A stretch of 64,000 bases of DNA from a virus, in the IMG/VR virus record IMGVR_UViG_3300031134_000007, positions 32,001-96,000 of that record. One strand, 5' to 3'. The notes beneath the pieces are model-generated. The model ran no database searches. It was not told the DNA's origin and saw nothing but the letters and a program-made list of their open reading frames with translations. Position numbers and translations under genes: made by a program. This document shows, in pieces, positions 40,004 through 48,988 of this stretch (position 1 is the stretch's first letter; each line of letters opens with the position of its first letter).

Positions 40004-40444
40004 ATGAGCGGTAACATTACCCTCGACAGTAACGACGTGTTAATGCTGAAAATGCAGCGCTACCGCATGGACATCATTGAAGGCGTTATGGAGGCCCCTG
40101 CGGAGAACCCTGGTGAGCGCATCGTGGATAAAGACCCTAAGATGCTGCGCGTTGCATTGGTTGCCATGGGTGATGTGGATAACTCCATTCACAAGCAAGC
40201 ACGTCTTGACCTCGATAAGCAAGCGCAAGAGAACGACGGAGATTTCCAGCGTCAGATTGCCGGTGCCATTAACTTCATCATGGAGAAAGGCGGCATGGCA
40301 TTGGCTGACGTAGGGTCTCCGTCTGATCAAACTTCAGCCCCTGCACCGCAGTTGGCTAACTTGCCCACAGACCATATTTCGTCTGAAGAGGCACACATCG
40401 GGGTCGAGCACATTGACTACGATGACATCATGGCCAAGAAGTAA
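40004..40444 (+). CDS. hypothetical protein
   Basis: 146 aa, GGAGG RBS. Confidence 0.7.
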   Translation: MSGNITLDSNDVLMLKMQRYRMDIIEGVMEAPAENPGERIVDKDPKMLRVALVAMGDVDNSIHKQARLDLDKQAQENDGDFQRQIAGAINFIMEKGGMALADVGSPSDQTSAPAPQLANLPTDHISSEEAHIGVEHIDYDDIMAKK

Positions 40445-41170
40445 TTACACTTCCAGGTCAGGCGGTGTGTCGGTCAACACGGAAAATATATTCACGTCCA
40501 TGAAGACCACACCCGCCAACCCTGCAAACATCAACGCCATTTGCTCCCACCCATACTCTTCCGCTTTTACCTTCTCAATCAGCTGAGCAGGCGCATCCGA
40601 TAAATACAGGCGTGGCGCCACAATGCGCACCTCTGGGATGGTGGTCTGCTTAAACTCTTCTGTGTGATTCATCAACCACTCATCAAAGTTGTACATGAAA
40701 CAAATCGCGTAACTGTGCTTTAACATCGACACCGTTAACTCATCCGGCGCAAAGGAGACAATCTCAACAACAGCAGCATTGTTGGTGTACGTCTCAATGA
40801 CCCGCTGAATGGATTGACACACTTCATCAGACAGTGTGTACGGATAGATGTTCACGTGGATAGCAAACTGCTCAGAGAGCAACGGCATTCCCTGGGTGGT
40901 GGTTAACCGGGCAATCAGCGACATCAGGTAGAGTGGCAGTTGTGTCATGGTCGACACTTTTAACGTCTCTTCATCCCGGGCGCTGTAAAGCGCCTCATAT
41001 GCCGCCTGATTGATTTTCGACCCATTCAGGTCAAAGCGATCGACCGTACGTTTATGGTAGTACGAGTCTTCGATCATTTCCGCCGAGGCAGCGTTCAGCC
41101 GTTTCAGAGTACCCAACCGGGTATCCATCAAACAGTCTAACGGTACCAGGCATTTGATGGCACCACTCAT
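40445..41170 (-). CDS. conserved hypothetical protein, possibly degenerate HAD-like
   Basis: N-terminal LVPLDCLMDTR. Confidence 0.55.
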   Translation of the reverse strand: MSGAIKCLVPLDCLMDTRLGTLKRLNAASAEMIEDSYYHKRTVDRFDLNGSKINQAAYEALYSARDEETLKVSTMTQLPLYLMSLIARLTTTQGMPLLSEQFAIHVNIYPYTLSDEVCQSIQRVIETYTNNAAVVEIVSFAPDELTVSMLKHSYAICFMYNFDEWLMNHTEEFKQTTIPEVRIVAPRLYLSDAPAQLIEKVKAEEYGWEQMALMFAGLAGVVFMDVNIFSVLTDTPPDLEV

Positions 41171-41745
41171 TTAGTAGGTTCCTTCTCAATTGCCGACAGG
41201 ATATCAACCCGTGTCAGGTAGTAAATAAAGAACAACCAGGGGTTGGTTTCAAACTTCTTTTCCAGATCCTGGTACAGGGGAAACACTTCCCGCATTGACG
41301 CCGGAAGCAAGCTGGCATTGGATGACATCACAGTCAAGCTGTCGGCCAGGTGTTTACCCAGTGCCATCGCTGAAAGGTTTGCTGTGTCCGTTGAGCGACC
41401 AAACACCCGAGCATAAAGCATCGACGCCCCACGGTAAACAAAATCCAACAGATCCTGATTGGATTCCAGTGGTTCCCAAATGCTTTCACGAATACCGGAT
41501 TCAGACCACAAGCGGGCATAAAAGAAAGATGAGTTTAAACTGACCGCATACCTGATGATTGCATTGTAGATTTCATCATCACTGATTTTGCGTCCAGCGG
41601 TTTTATTGTGCTTGATACGTGTGCGTAACCACGTCAGAAAATAATCCTCAACGACTTCCTGGGCTGCAAGGTCCATTTCCAGCACCAGGGGGTCATTGGG
41701 TTTCTGAGCGAGCGCACTGGCAAAGGCGGCCAGTTTATTTTTCAT
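41167..41745 (-). CDS. hypothetical (possibly virion) protein
   Basis: 192 aa downstream of the vRNAP beta C-terminal gene. Confidence 0.6.
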   Translation of the reverse strand: MKNKLAAFASALAQKPNDPLVLEMDLAAQEVVEDYFLTWLRTRIKHNKTAGRKISDDEIYNAIIRYAVSLNSSFFYARLWSESGIRESIWEPLESNQDLLDFVYRGASMLYARVFGRSTDTANLSAMALGKHLADSLTVMSSNASLLPASMREVFPLYQDLEKKFETNPWLFFIYYLTRVDILSAIEKEPTK

Positions 41746-41755
41746 GCGCGTCCTG

Positions 41756-42424
41756 TTAAAGGTTGTTGGTCAGCATCATTGCGTGCAGGATAGCACCCAC
41801 CGTCTTGGTGGATTTTACCTTGGTCTTTTGACTGGCAATGGCACCGACGTTCACACCGCCTGTGGCGATGATCTCGTTGTTATAACTCCGGTAAGCGGCC
41901 TCATCACCCCCACGCACCTTCAACAGCTCCTGCATGGTTTTGTTCATCCCCATGGCGTACAGGATCTGAATCTCAGGATAGGAGATAGCGGAACCTTTCG
42001 ATTCGGTGGTAGGCTGACCGGTCAGGTCGTCAACGTGCTTGTTATCTTTGGGTACCGACATCTTCTTCTGTAGCTTCTGCTGCTGGATACGCAGCGGTAG
42101 ACGCAGAATAGGATACTCGATCGGTGTCAGGAAGCGCTGGCTGGTTTCGAAGTCAACCATGTTGATCTTCTCCATGAACGCACCACCTTCCTTGGTGATT
42201 AATCCGATCAGGTGTTCCAGGTCGATGTTCTTACCCGTGAAGTTCGGATGGTAGAACGGAAAGGACTCATCATCCTTTTCCATGCGGTCCATCATCGCAT
42301 CAAAGGCAGCGTCATCCAAACGACCAAAGTAGTCGCGGTAGATGTCAGGGTTTTTGTTCCCCGGCATCACCTGATCCATTGCCCCGATCAGGTATTTCTC
42401 AATAGCAGCACGTGCAGCGTTCAT
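41756..42424 (-). CDS. virion RNA polymerase beta C-terminal subunit (phiKZ gp149 / SPN3US gp218-like)
   Basis: LTGQP...KGSAISYPEIQILYAMG....QELLKVRGGD matches beta TQQP..GK...FGEME..AL.AYG....QE.LTVKSDD. Confidence 0.85.
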   Translation of the reverse strand: MNAARAAIEKYLIGAMDQVMPGNKNPDIYRDYFGRLDDAAFDAMMDRMEKDDESFPFYHPNFTGKNIDLEHLIGLITKEGGAFMEKINMVDFETSQRFLTPIEYPILRLPLRIQQQKLQKKMSVPKDNKHVDDLTGQPTTESKGSAISYPEIQILYAMGMNKTMQELLKVRGGDEAAYRSYNNEIIATGGVNVGAIASQKTKVKSTKTVGAILHAMMLTNNL

Positions 42425-42427
42425 GGG

Positions 42428-43717
42428 TTAGTCCTTGCTGAATATAAACACGAAATGGCTTATATTATTTTTCACAAGGAGGTCGATCATGTTTTTGGTG
42501 CCACGCGACTCACCGTCCCAGAAGATCAGACCCGCATCTACCATCTTACCCATAACCCCATTGCGAATCATGCCGGCAGGTTTCTGATACTTGTCCCACA
42601 ATGCAGGTCGGCCGATTAACCCATGACCTTGTTCGCGTGCATAACGAATCGCCATGTTGTCAGGGCCATCCAGTGCCAGACCGGTCACGAGTTCAATGTC
42701 GTAGTCTTTATCAAACGGTGTGATAAAGTTACTGATGTACTCGTCCGTGATCTGTTTGAACAGGCTGTAGTTCTTCAGGGTGCGTGAGCCCGCAATCAAG
42801 ATCTTCATGGGTTTCTTCCTGGAGCTCTCAGATTCTTCTTGCATTTTATTCCGGTACTCCACGTAGAAGTCCAGCTGCCATTGATGCCGCGCCTTCATAT
42901 CCCGGACTGCATCGTTGCCGTACACGTAATAGTGTTCAAACGGCAGTGATGAGTTCAGGAGCTCTGAGCGCAGGATCTCATTTTGTTCGAGGCGTAAGCG
43001 CATGCCTTCTTTGAAACGTTCCTGGAAATCGGGCAGGTCTACCCGTTCCATCTTGGAACCGATCTGCTTGGCTTCAAACCCGTTCATCTGTTTGAACTGT
43101 TCATGTTTGCAGCCTGTGGCCAACCAGTACCAGTATCCTTCTAAACATTCGAACCATCCGTGATCCTCGTGCAGGAAACCATGTTTCGACAGGTTGCTTA
43201 ACCGACGTCCGAGACTGGTGCTGCTTTTGGTCCAGATGTTGATATGTTCGACCCCATCATTTTTGGGGTTGGGTAATTTGACACCAAGGCAGAGATGCAC
43301 TTGCAAGTCACAATCACCTAAAATGGCATAAATGAGAGGACGCACGTCCTCCCACTTAAGACCACCATTACCACAGCCGAGCGGTGGCATAGCTACGCTC
43401 GTGATACCCCGATCCCGGTAAGTATCACGCAGCGTACGCAAGTTGGTTTCAATCCATTCCAACTTGCTGTCTTCCCAAGTTTTGTCTTTAGTTGGGAAGC
43501 AAAGAATTTTTGGCGTGTTGTGTTCATAAACCCATAACGTGTTGACCAGTAATTGTTTTTGTTTGCACTGCTCACGGTATGCGTCATAAAGACCGGGAAT
43601 ACACTTCTTGAGATACAATGCAATACCGCGACCCATATGCCCTTCAGTGTTGACGGTGCAAATGACGTGGCTGACTGGTACGTCAAGAATGCCGATGTGT
43701 GATTCCGATACGATCAT
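42428..43717 (-). CDS. Macro domain - NADAR-like - SLOG (YspA/DUF2493-like) fusion protein
   Basis: Macro: VNTEGHMGRGIA, FPTK, PPLGCGNGGL.W; NADAR-like: LSNL, F.CLEGYW, EAKQIG, EQN..LR..LL; SLOG: IAGSR, G.A.DGPD, AGMIRN, FWDG.SRGT. Confidence 0.8.
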   Translation of the reverse strand: MIVSESHIGILDVPVSHVICTVNTEGHMGRGIALYLKKCIPGLYDAYREQCKQKQLLVNTLWVYEHNTPKILCFPTKDKTWEDSKLEWIETNLRTLRDTYRDRGITSVAMPPLGCGNGGLKWEDVRPLIYAILGDCDLQVHLCLGVKLPNPKNDGVEHINIWTKSSTSLGRRLSNLSKHGFLHEDHGWFECLEGYWYWLATGCKHEQFKQMNGFEAKQIGSKMERVDLPDFQERFKEGMRLRLEQNEILRSELLNSSLPFEHYYVYGNDAVRDMKARHQWQLDFYVEYRNKMQEESESSRKKPMKILIAGSRTLKNYSLFKQITDEYISNFITPFDKDYDIELVTGLALDGPDNMAIRYAREQGHGLIGRPALWDKYQKPAGMIRNGVMGKMVDAGLIFWDGESRGTKNMIDLLVKNNISHFVFIFSKD

Positions 43718-43726
43718 AGTGAATCC

Positions 43727-44209
43727 TTAAATCGCGCAGGTAAACACCCGCACACGACTGCCGTTAGTGAGGCAGGCTTTGATCAGTGAAGACATCCCTT
43801 CGTCGTTGTGGTTGGTGAAGATCAGGGCATGCGTAGAACGCAGACCTAACACCCCACAGTTGTCGAAGAACGCTTTCTTTCCACGATCCCACTCTACCGG
43901 GATTTCCTGGATATCAATGCCTGCAGCGACCGAGTACTCTTTCACCTCTGCTGCCAGGGTTTTAATTTCCCCGTTGGTGATCAACACCACGTGCTCTTTC
44001 GTCAGGAGTTCATCCTCATCCGTCACACCTTCATTAACCAGAAAGATGTCACTGATCAGCGAGTCCAGTGCCGACTTCAGGCGGTCCTTGTTATGAAACC
44101 CCTTATCGCCGGCAACGACTATACGTACTTCTTTATTCAACATAATAGCCTTTCCCAATACAACATTACATTCCCAACCGGCGGTATAAAGTGGGGTGAG
44201 TTTCCTCAC
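43727..44209 (-). CDS. divergent SLOG/DUF2493-like protein
   Basis: RIVVAGDKGF, PVEWDRGKKA, THALIF; true start may be 44143. Confidence 0.6.
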   Translation of the reverse strand: MRKLTPLYTAGWECNVVLGKAIMLNKEVRIVVAGDKGFHNKDRLKSALDSLISDIFLVNEGVTDEDELLTKEHVVLITNGEIKTLAAEVKEYSVAAGIDIQEIPVEWDRGKKAFFDNCGVLGLRSTHALIFTNHNDEGMSSLIKACLTNGSRVRVFTCAI

Positions 44210-44228
44210 CCCTTAGCGCGCGGACACA

Positions 44229-45617
44229 TTACATCCAGTACGGACGGTACTCATCATGGTACATGCGGAGCAAGTCCATGGTGCTCAAGAACGGCAGAGG
44301 ATGGTTATCTTCCTCAAACGTCCAGAAGCCACGGGTGTTCAGCAGGACGTCCCACTTATACCCTTTCTTCTCCAGTCCAACACGCAGTTCTTCAGGTGTC
44401 ATGTTGTACTTCGGATCACGGGTGTGCCATAAGTAACGCATCTGGCACATCTCCATGGTGATTTCCAGCGCACGACGCAGCTCTGGGGTTTCGTCGATCT
44501 TACCGCGCACGGTGGTACGCATCAGCTTCACATCGGGCAGTAACTCAACATAGTAATTACGGTCATTACCGCCAAGGCCGTAACGGTTACAGTTTTTGAT
44601 GTGGTTGAATTCAGTCAGTGACGGCAGCAGACCTTCGGACTGTGACATCACAAATTCCCACGGCACACCAGATGGACCGTTCTTACCGCGCAGGTTCTTC
44701 GCGACCAGCGTCAGCAGATCTGGGTTGCCTGCGGTTTCAATATCACCCGGTTTTGGATACATCCACTCTTTGGTGTCACGGTTGATCAAGACCGTACCGG
44801 TGGAGATCTCCCAGGCGTTGTTCGGCAGGGACAGGATTTGGCTTGGCACTTTAGAGATCTTGTCACCTTGCTTCATGAAGGTGGTTTTCTTCTCTTGTGG
44901 CTTGCCGTCCATGTTCAGCTCTTTACCGAGGTGAGCGGACATAATAACGTACAGACCGCCGGCGTTGGCGTAACCCTGCGTCTTTTCAATCAGCATACGT
45001 TTGGCGTTCGACACACGCATGGCTTCGGTCTGCATTTCACCCTGACCGATTTCCATTTTCGCGTAGTTCTTTTCCAGGTCGTTGAACTTCATCTCAGAGA
45101 TGGAGTCCGCGCCATTGACAGTCGGGAACAGATACGGAATCGGGTTACCCTGGGCATCCACAAACGGCAGGGTACCCATGGACTTGCGGTCTTTCTGTTT
45201 CAGACCCGCATACTCCTGAACGGTTTTCTTAAACCATTCGTTACCCTTAGCGATCGAGTCATCGGTCAGGTAAATACGGCCTTCGTCGATCCAGCTCTGG
45301 GCGACACCCGGATCAAGGTGGGACATCAAGCTGAGGATACGGTCAGTACCAAAGGTACACTCGGTATCGTAGTGCAGGGCGTTACTGTTGCCGTAACGTT
45401 CTAATACACGACCCATCTTGAACATCATAATAGCGGTTTTGAAGGTGTTGCCTTTCCCGACAATCGCAGTGTAAGGAGCCAGTCCACCATTGAGGATAGA
45501 CTCACCATGCTTACCAAAACGATAACTGCCGGTCGGGATGTCAAAGCCAGCACCGATATTCAGCAACGGCCTTATCGGTTTAGACTTCTCAATAACTTCA
45601 CCAAAAGATAAGCTCAT
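44229..45617 (-). CDS. uvsX: UvsX/RecA-like recombinase (phiKZ gp152-like)
   Basis: P-loop GKGNTFKT, YDTE, DSIS, KNLRG; synteny. Confidence 0.8.
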   Translation of the reverse strand: MSLSFGEVIEKSKPIRPLLNIGAGFDIPTGSYRFGKHGESILNGGLAPYTAIVGKGNTFKTAIMMFKMGRVLERYGNSNALHYDTECTFGTDRILSLMSHLDPGVAQSWIDEGRIYLTDDSIAKGNEWFKKTVQEYAGLKQKDRKSMGTLPFVDAQGNPIPYLFPTVNGADSISEMKFNDLEKNYAKMEIGQGEMQTEAMRVSNAKRMLIEKTQGYANAGGLYVIMSAHLGKELNMDGKPQEKKTTFMKQGDKISKVPSQILSLPNNAWEISTGTVLINRDTKEWMYPKPGDIETAGNPDLLTLVAKNLRGKNGPSGVPWEFVMSQSEGLLPSLTEFNHIKNCNRYGLGGNDRNYYVELLPDVKLMRTTVRGKIDETPELRRALEITMEMCQMRYLWHTRDPKYNMTPEELRVGLEKKGYKWDVLLNTRGFWTFEEDNHPLPFLSTMDLLRMYHDEYRPYWM

Positions 45618-45698
45618 GGTTGTTCCTTAGATAAAAAGAAAATGACTTCATAAGAAGTGATAATATGTTGAAGAAAACAAACGTCCCTCGGAGCAAAT

Positions 45699-46481
45699 AT
45701 GTATACCATTAGCGATTTTGAAAATGCTGTAAAGGACCTCAACGAGGGCATCGGTAACGAAGGCTTTGATGTCAAGTCTTCTATCGGTAATCTCTTTGCA
45801 GGTATCAAGAATTATTTCCAGGGTAAACTCCTGGGCTTGGATAAACCTCTGGTGCTGGCAAACGTTAACGCTGCCAAGAAAGTCATGGGGTCCCTGAACT
45901 ACACTGAGGTCATGGATACCCTGATCTTCCAACCGCAACGTTTAAACGTCTCATATAAAGAGCTGTTGCCAACGTTGACCCTGGGGTGTGATTACCTGAG
46001 TAAAGTTGAGCAGGGCCTGCCTGCGGTGTTGACGTGTTTGGCGAACCTTAGCAACGGTAATAAAGTGTCGGTCTATGTGACCAGCGATATCACCAGTGCT
46101 AAGAACAAAACCGAACTGGCTTTGCAGAAAGCGTTTAACGGTCGCGATGTAACAGAAGCAGTGTTCTCAACGCGCTTTGAATCTATGACACAATATCAGG
46201 CCACTTATGTGGAATTTAACACACTGGTGCAGAACCTGTTGCGTCGTAATGCCAAAGACACCCGTGTCAACGTTGACCGTATTGCGGGTCTGGCAGAATT
46301 GATTCATAATGAGGTTGCTGCTGGTAACCTGGAGATGAATGCGGTCCAGGTGAAACAGTTGGGCGAACTGATGCTGAGTCTGGCTCGTGCAGTGGACGTC
46401 TACAGTGTGACCTTGACGCTGCTGATTGCTACCGGCACGGCGCTGAACAACACCGCGGACAAACTGTTAAGCAAAAAATAA
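45699..46481 (+). CDS. putative virion head protein (phiKZ gp153-like)
   Basis: 260 aa helical; N-terminal GNE motif like a protease cleavage site; synteny. Confidence 0.55.
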   Translation: MYTISDFENAVKDLNEGIGNEGFDVKSSIGNLFAGIKNYFQGKLLGLDKPLVLANVNAAKKVMGSLNYTEVMDTLIFQPQRLNVSYKELLPTLTLGCDYLSKVEQGLPAVLTCLANLSNGNKVSVYVTSDITSAKNKTELALQKAFNGRDVTEAVFSTRFESMTQYQATYVEFNTLVQNLLRRNAKDTRVNVDRIAGLAELIHNEVAAGNLEMNAVQVKQLGELMLSLARAVDVYSVTLTLLIATGTALNNTADKLLSKK

Positions 46482-46485
46482 AAGA

Positions 46486-46537
46486 CAGCATAAAGTAGAG
46501 GGTTTCCTCCCATTGGGAGGAAACGCCTCTTATGCCG
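46486..46537. terminator. bidirectional hairpin, GCATAA/TTATGC family
   Basis: cagcataa..agagggtttcctccc-att-gggaggaaacgcctct-tatgccg; close to the copy at 11660. Confidence 0.75.
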
Positions 46538-46538
46538 A

Positions 46539-46901
46539 TCACAGATACTTCAGGTTTTTGAGATCACGAAACACTTCAACCGTCGAGCCATAGCGAATCC
46601 AGTCAGGCATGTGTGCAATGATGTCAAGGGGTGAGGATACATCCACCCCCTCATACACACGACCCAGTCTGCGATCCAGTACCGACAGATACTTGAGATA
46701 GCGGTCCACGTCTTTTGCGTTGCGCGTAATCGCGTACTTACGATTCAGCTCATCCGCATTATCCGTGGGGTGTCGCAGTCGACAAATATACGTCAGGAAC
46801 AGGCACCGTTTGATAGGTGCCTCTAAGTCTCGGTCACGGTCGAATAACGCGCCGATGTCTACGTCGTTGCGTATTGGTAATGTCGTTGCCGCATCAAACA
46901 C
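46539..46901 (-). CDS. hypothetical protein
   Basis: 120 aa downstream of RNase H. Confidence 0.55.
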   Translation of the reverse strand: MFDAATTLPIRNDVDIGALFDRDRDLEAPIKRCLFLTYICRLRHPTDNADELNRKYAITRNAKDVDRYLKYLSVLDRRLGRVYEGVDVSSPLDIIAHMPDWIRYGSTVEVFRDLKNLKYL

Positions 46902-46913
46902 AACACATTCTCC

Positions 46914-48425
46914 TTACGCGCACTTGTCCAGTTCCGCTTTGGACAGAATGCGTAGGTTGGCGTAAACGTTTGCCATGATACAGTAACCGTCGTCACACGA
47001 CATGATAGTCAAATAACGGAATGCAACATCGGATTCCTTAATTACCATGATGTGAATCTTCGGGCTGGCTTCGCTGATGCCGGCTAAGGTATTCCGGTTA
47101 GGAACATCCAGACCCAACGTCAACGTAACGTCTACGGTGATGGGTTTATTGAGGACTTCGCACGATACCGGCACCTTGATCGCTTTGGTGATTTGCTTGA
47201 TAGACTTACTCAAGTTAAATTTCACCTCACCTTTCTTGGTGGTCTCCTTCTCGTAAATCAAATCGGTAATGTCGTACGCCTTACTGAGGATACTGAGTTT
47301 CCCCGTATGGAACTCCGTCAGGCACTTGTTCAAGTACATGAGGTTATTCACCGCACGATATGAAATCGCCGGCGGGTTACACTCACGAACAATCAAAGCA
47401 CCTGTGCAGTTAGTAATGTCGTTGTCGTTCTTGTTCGCCCGGAACAACAACTCACCGCCGTAGTCCATAATTTCTTTATGGTTAAACGGAGAGTAGATGT
47501 TGTCAAGACGCCCAATAAAGGCATTACCGTACACATTGGTCGCGATTCGCTTCACGCGGGTATACACCAGGTCCAGACAGGTTTCCGGTTGCTTTAACCA
47601 CACCGTACTGAATGCGGTGTCCGCTAACGCTTTGCCCAGATAGACTTGGTCGGTATCTTCCTTTGAAGGGTGACCGAAGCAGTACTCGTAAAAGCCATGC
47701 TCGTTCACCTTCAGCAAGTCCTCATCACTGAGGTTAAAGTACCAGCGAGCGTGAGACACAAAGCGGTGACGATCTGCTTTGTATTTATCGTACTCGCCGA
47801 AGTCCTGGACGTTATGACGCGGTGTGGTATCGTTGTTCTTGCCGAGCAAGACACCACGCGTTGCCATGTAGTCCGCCATTACGTTCCCTCTATGGCCATC
47901 ATGGCCTTTCACCCACTGGAACGTGTAGTGGATGTTCTTCGCCTGCAATTCAGCAAGCTTGCTGTCCAATGCAACCCACAAGGCTTTGTTGGCAACTTCG
48001 CCCCCTGTAGCTTTTTGCCAGCCGTTTGACTTCCATTTATTGAGGTACTGTGTGAGGCCTTTCGTTACGTACTCGCTGTCAGTGTAGATGAGCAACTTCT
48101 CTGCACCCTGGCTTACGGCAAGATCCATACCGTTCAACGTAGCAGTCATCTCAGCGATGTTATTGGTGGTTTCCGGCAGCAAGCCACCGAATGATTCAAA
48201 GACCTGTGCAGGACGTACAACTTCACGTTGCTGCATCTTTGGATCGTCTTTGATAATGTACCCTGTGGTGGTCGGTACACCAACAGCGGGTTTCTTCTTT
48301 TTCTTCTTGTCTTCGTCGTCTACGGTGTAGCTGTAACCATGCACCCCCCAACCACCGACATTCTGTCGAAAACCACCATCGGTGTATAACACCATGGAGA
48401 CTTTCGGCAATGATGTTACTTCCAT
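46914..48425 (-). CDS. ribonuclease HI with long C-terminal extension (phiKZ gp155-like)
   Basis: YTDGG, TNNIAE, YTDSEY, WVKGH.G..GN..AD catalytic motifs. Confidence 0.92.
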   Translation of the reverse strand: MEVTSLPKVSMVLYTDGGFRQNVGGWGVHGYSYTVDDEDKKKKKKPAVGVPTTTGYIIKDDPKMQQREVVRPAQVFESFGGLLPETTNNIAEMTATLNGMDLAVSQGAEKLLIYTDSEYVTKGLTQYLNKWKSNGWQKATGGEVANKALWVALDSKLAELQAKNIHYTFQWVKGHDGHRGNVMADYMATRGVLLGKNNDTTPRHNVQDFGEYDKYKADRHRFVSHARWYFNLSDEDLLKVNEHGFYEYCFGHPSKEDTDQVYLGKALADTAFSTVWLKQPETCLDLVYTRVKRIATNVYGNAFIGRLDNIYSPFNHKEIMDYGGELLFRANKNDNDITNCTGALIVRECNPPAISYRAVNNLMYLNKCLTEFHTGKLSILSKAYDITDLIYEKETTKKGEVKFNLSKSIKQITKAIKVPVSCEVLNKPITVDVTLTLGLDVPNRNTLAGISEASPKIHIMVIKESDVAFRYLTIMSCDDGYCIMANVYANLRILSKAELDKCA

Positions 48426-48495
48426 CGTAAACTCCTCAAATTATCCGCAATACTCTCTTATAATAGGTCGGGTAGGTAAAGAAATACCAAAACGA

Positions 48496-48912
48496 TCACG
48501 GAGGAACCTTCGCGACCGTTTTTACTGGAGTTTCACATTTCCCAATCAACTCAACATGTAAACGACTATTTTCCTCACGGAGATCTAACACCTCATCGCC
48601 TAATGCTTTATTATGCTGTAACAGCATCCGGTTTTGTTGCAACATATCCGTCATGTTAGGGTAGATGCTCGTCATGCCACGAAGAACACCTAACTCGTCA
48701 ACGAACTGCCTGTTCTGCTTACTCAAGTTCTCGTATTCACGATAGCCATAGATGACCAAACCTGAGAGCATAACAATGGATGCGATCAGCGCATAATAAA
48801 TCCCTTTGTTTTTGCGCGAAGTGCTGTACCGGGTGGCGCCGTCGGACATGAAGGTATTCGAGTGCTTCCGAATAAAGGGGAGACACATAAAAAGTATACG
48901 TAACAGTAGCAT
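48496..48912 (-). CDS. membrane protein with coiled coil
   Basis: TM IYYALIASIVMLSGLVIYGY followed by a heptad region. Confidence 0.6.
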   Translation of the reverse strand: MLLLRILFMCLPFIRKHSNTFMSDGATRYSTSRKNKGIYYALIASIVMLSGLVIYGYREYENLSKQNRQFVDELGVLRGMTSIYPNMTDMLQQNRMLLQHNKALGDEVLDLREENSRLHVELIGKCETPVKTVAKVPP

Positions 48913-48988
48913 GCTGTTATTTCCCCCAAATCACGTACCGTTGCTGAATGTTATGTCTTTTATCCACTCCCATTGTAAAGGGTGAACC

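Noticed and set aside
19356-42424. Split RNA polymerase genes as a novelty or as pseudogenes
   Set aside because: Split beta/beta' virion RNAP subunits are established for phiKZ-like phages
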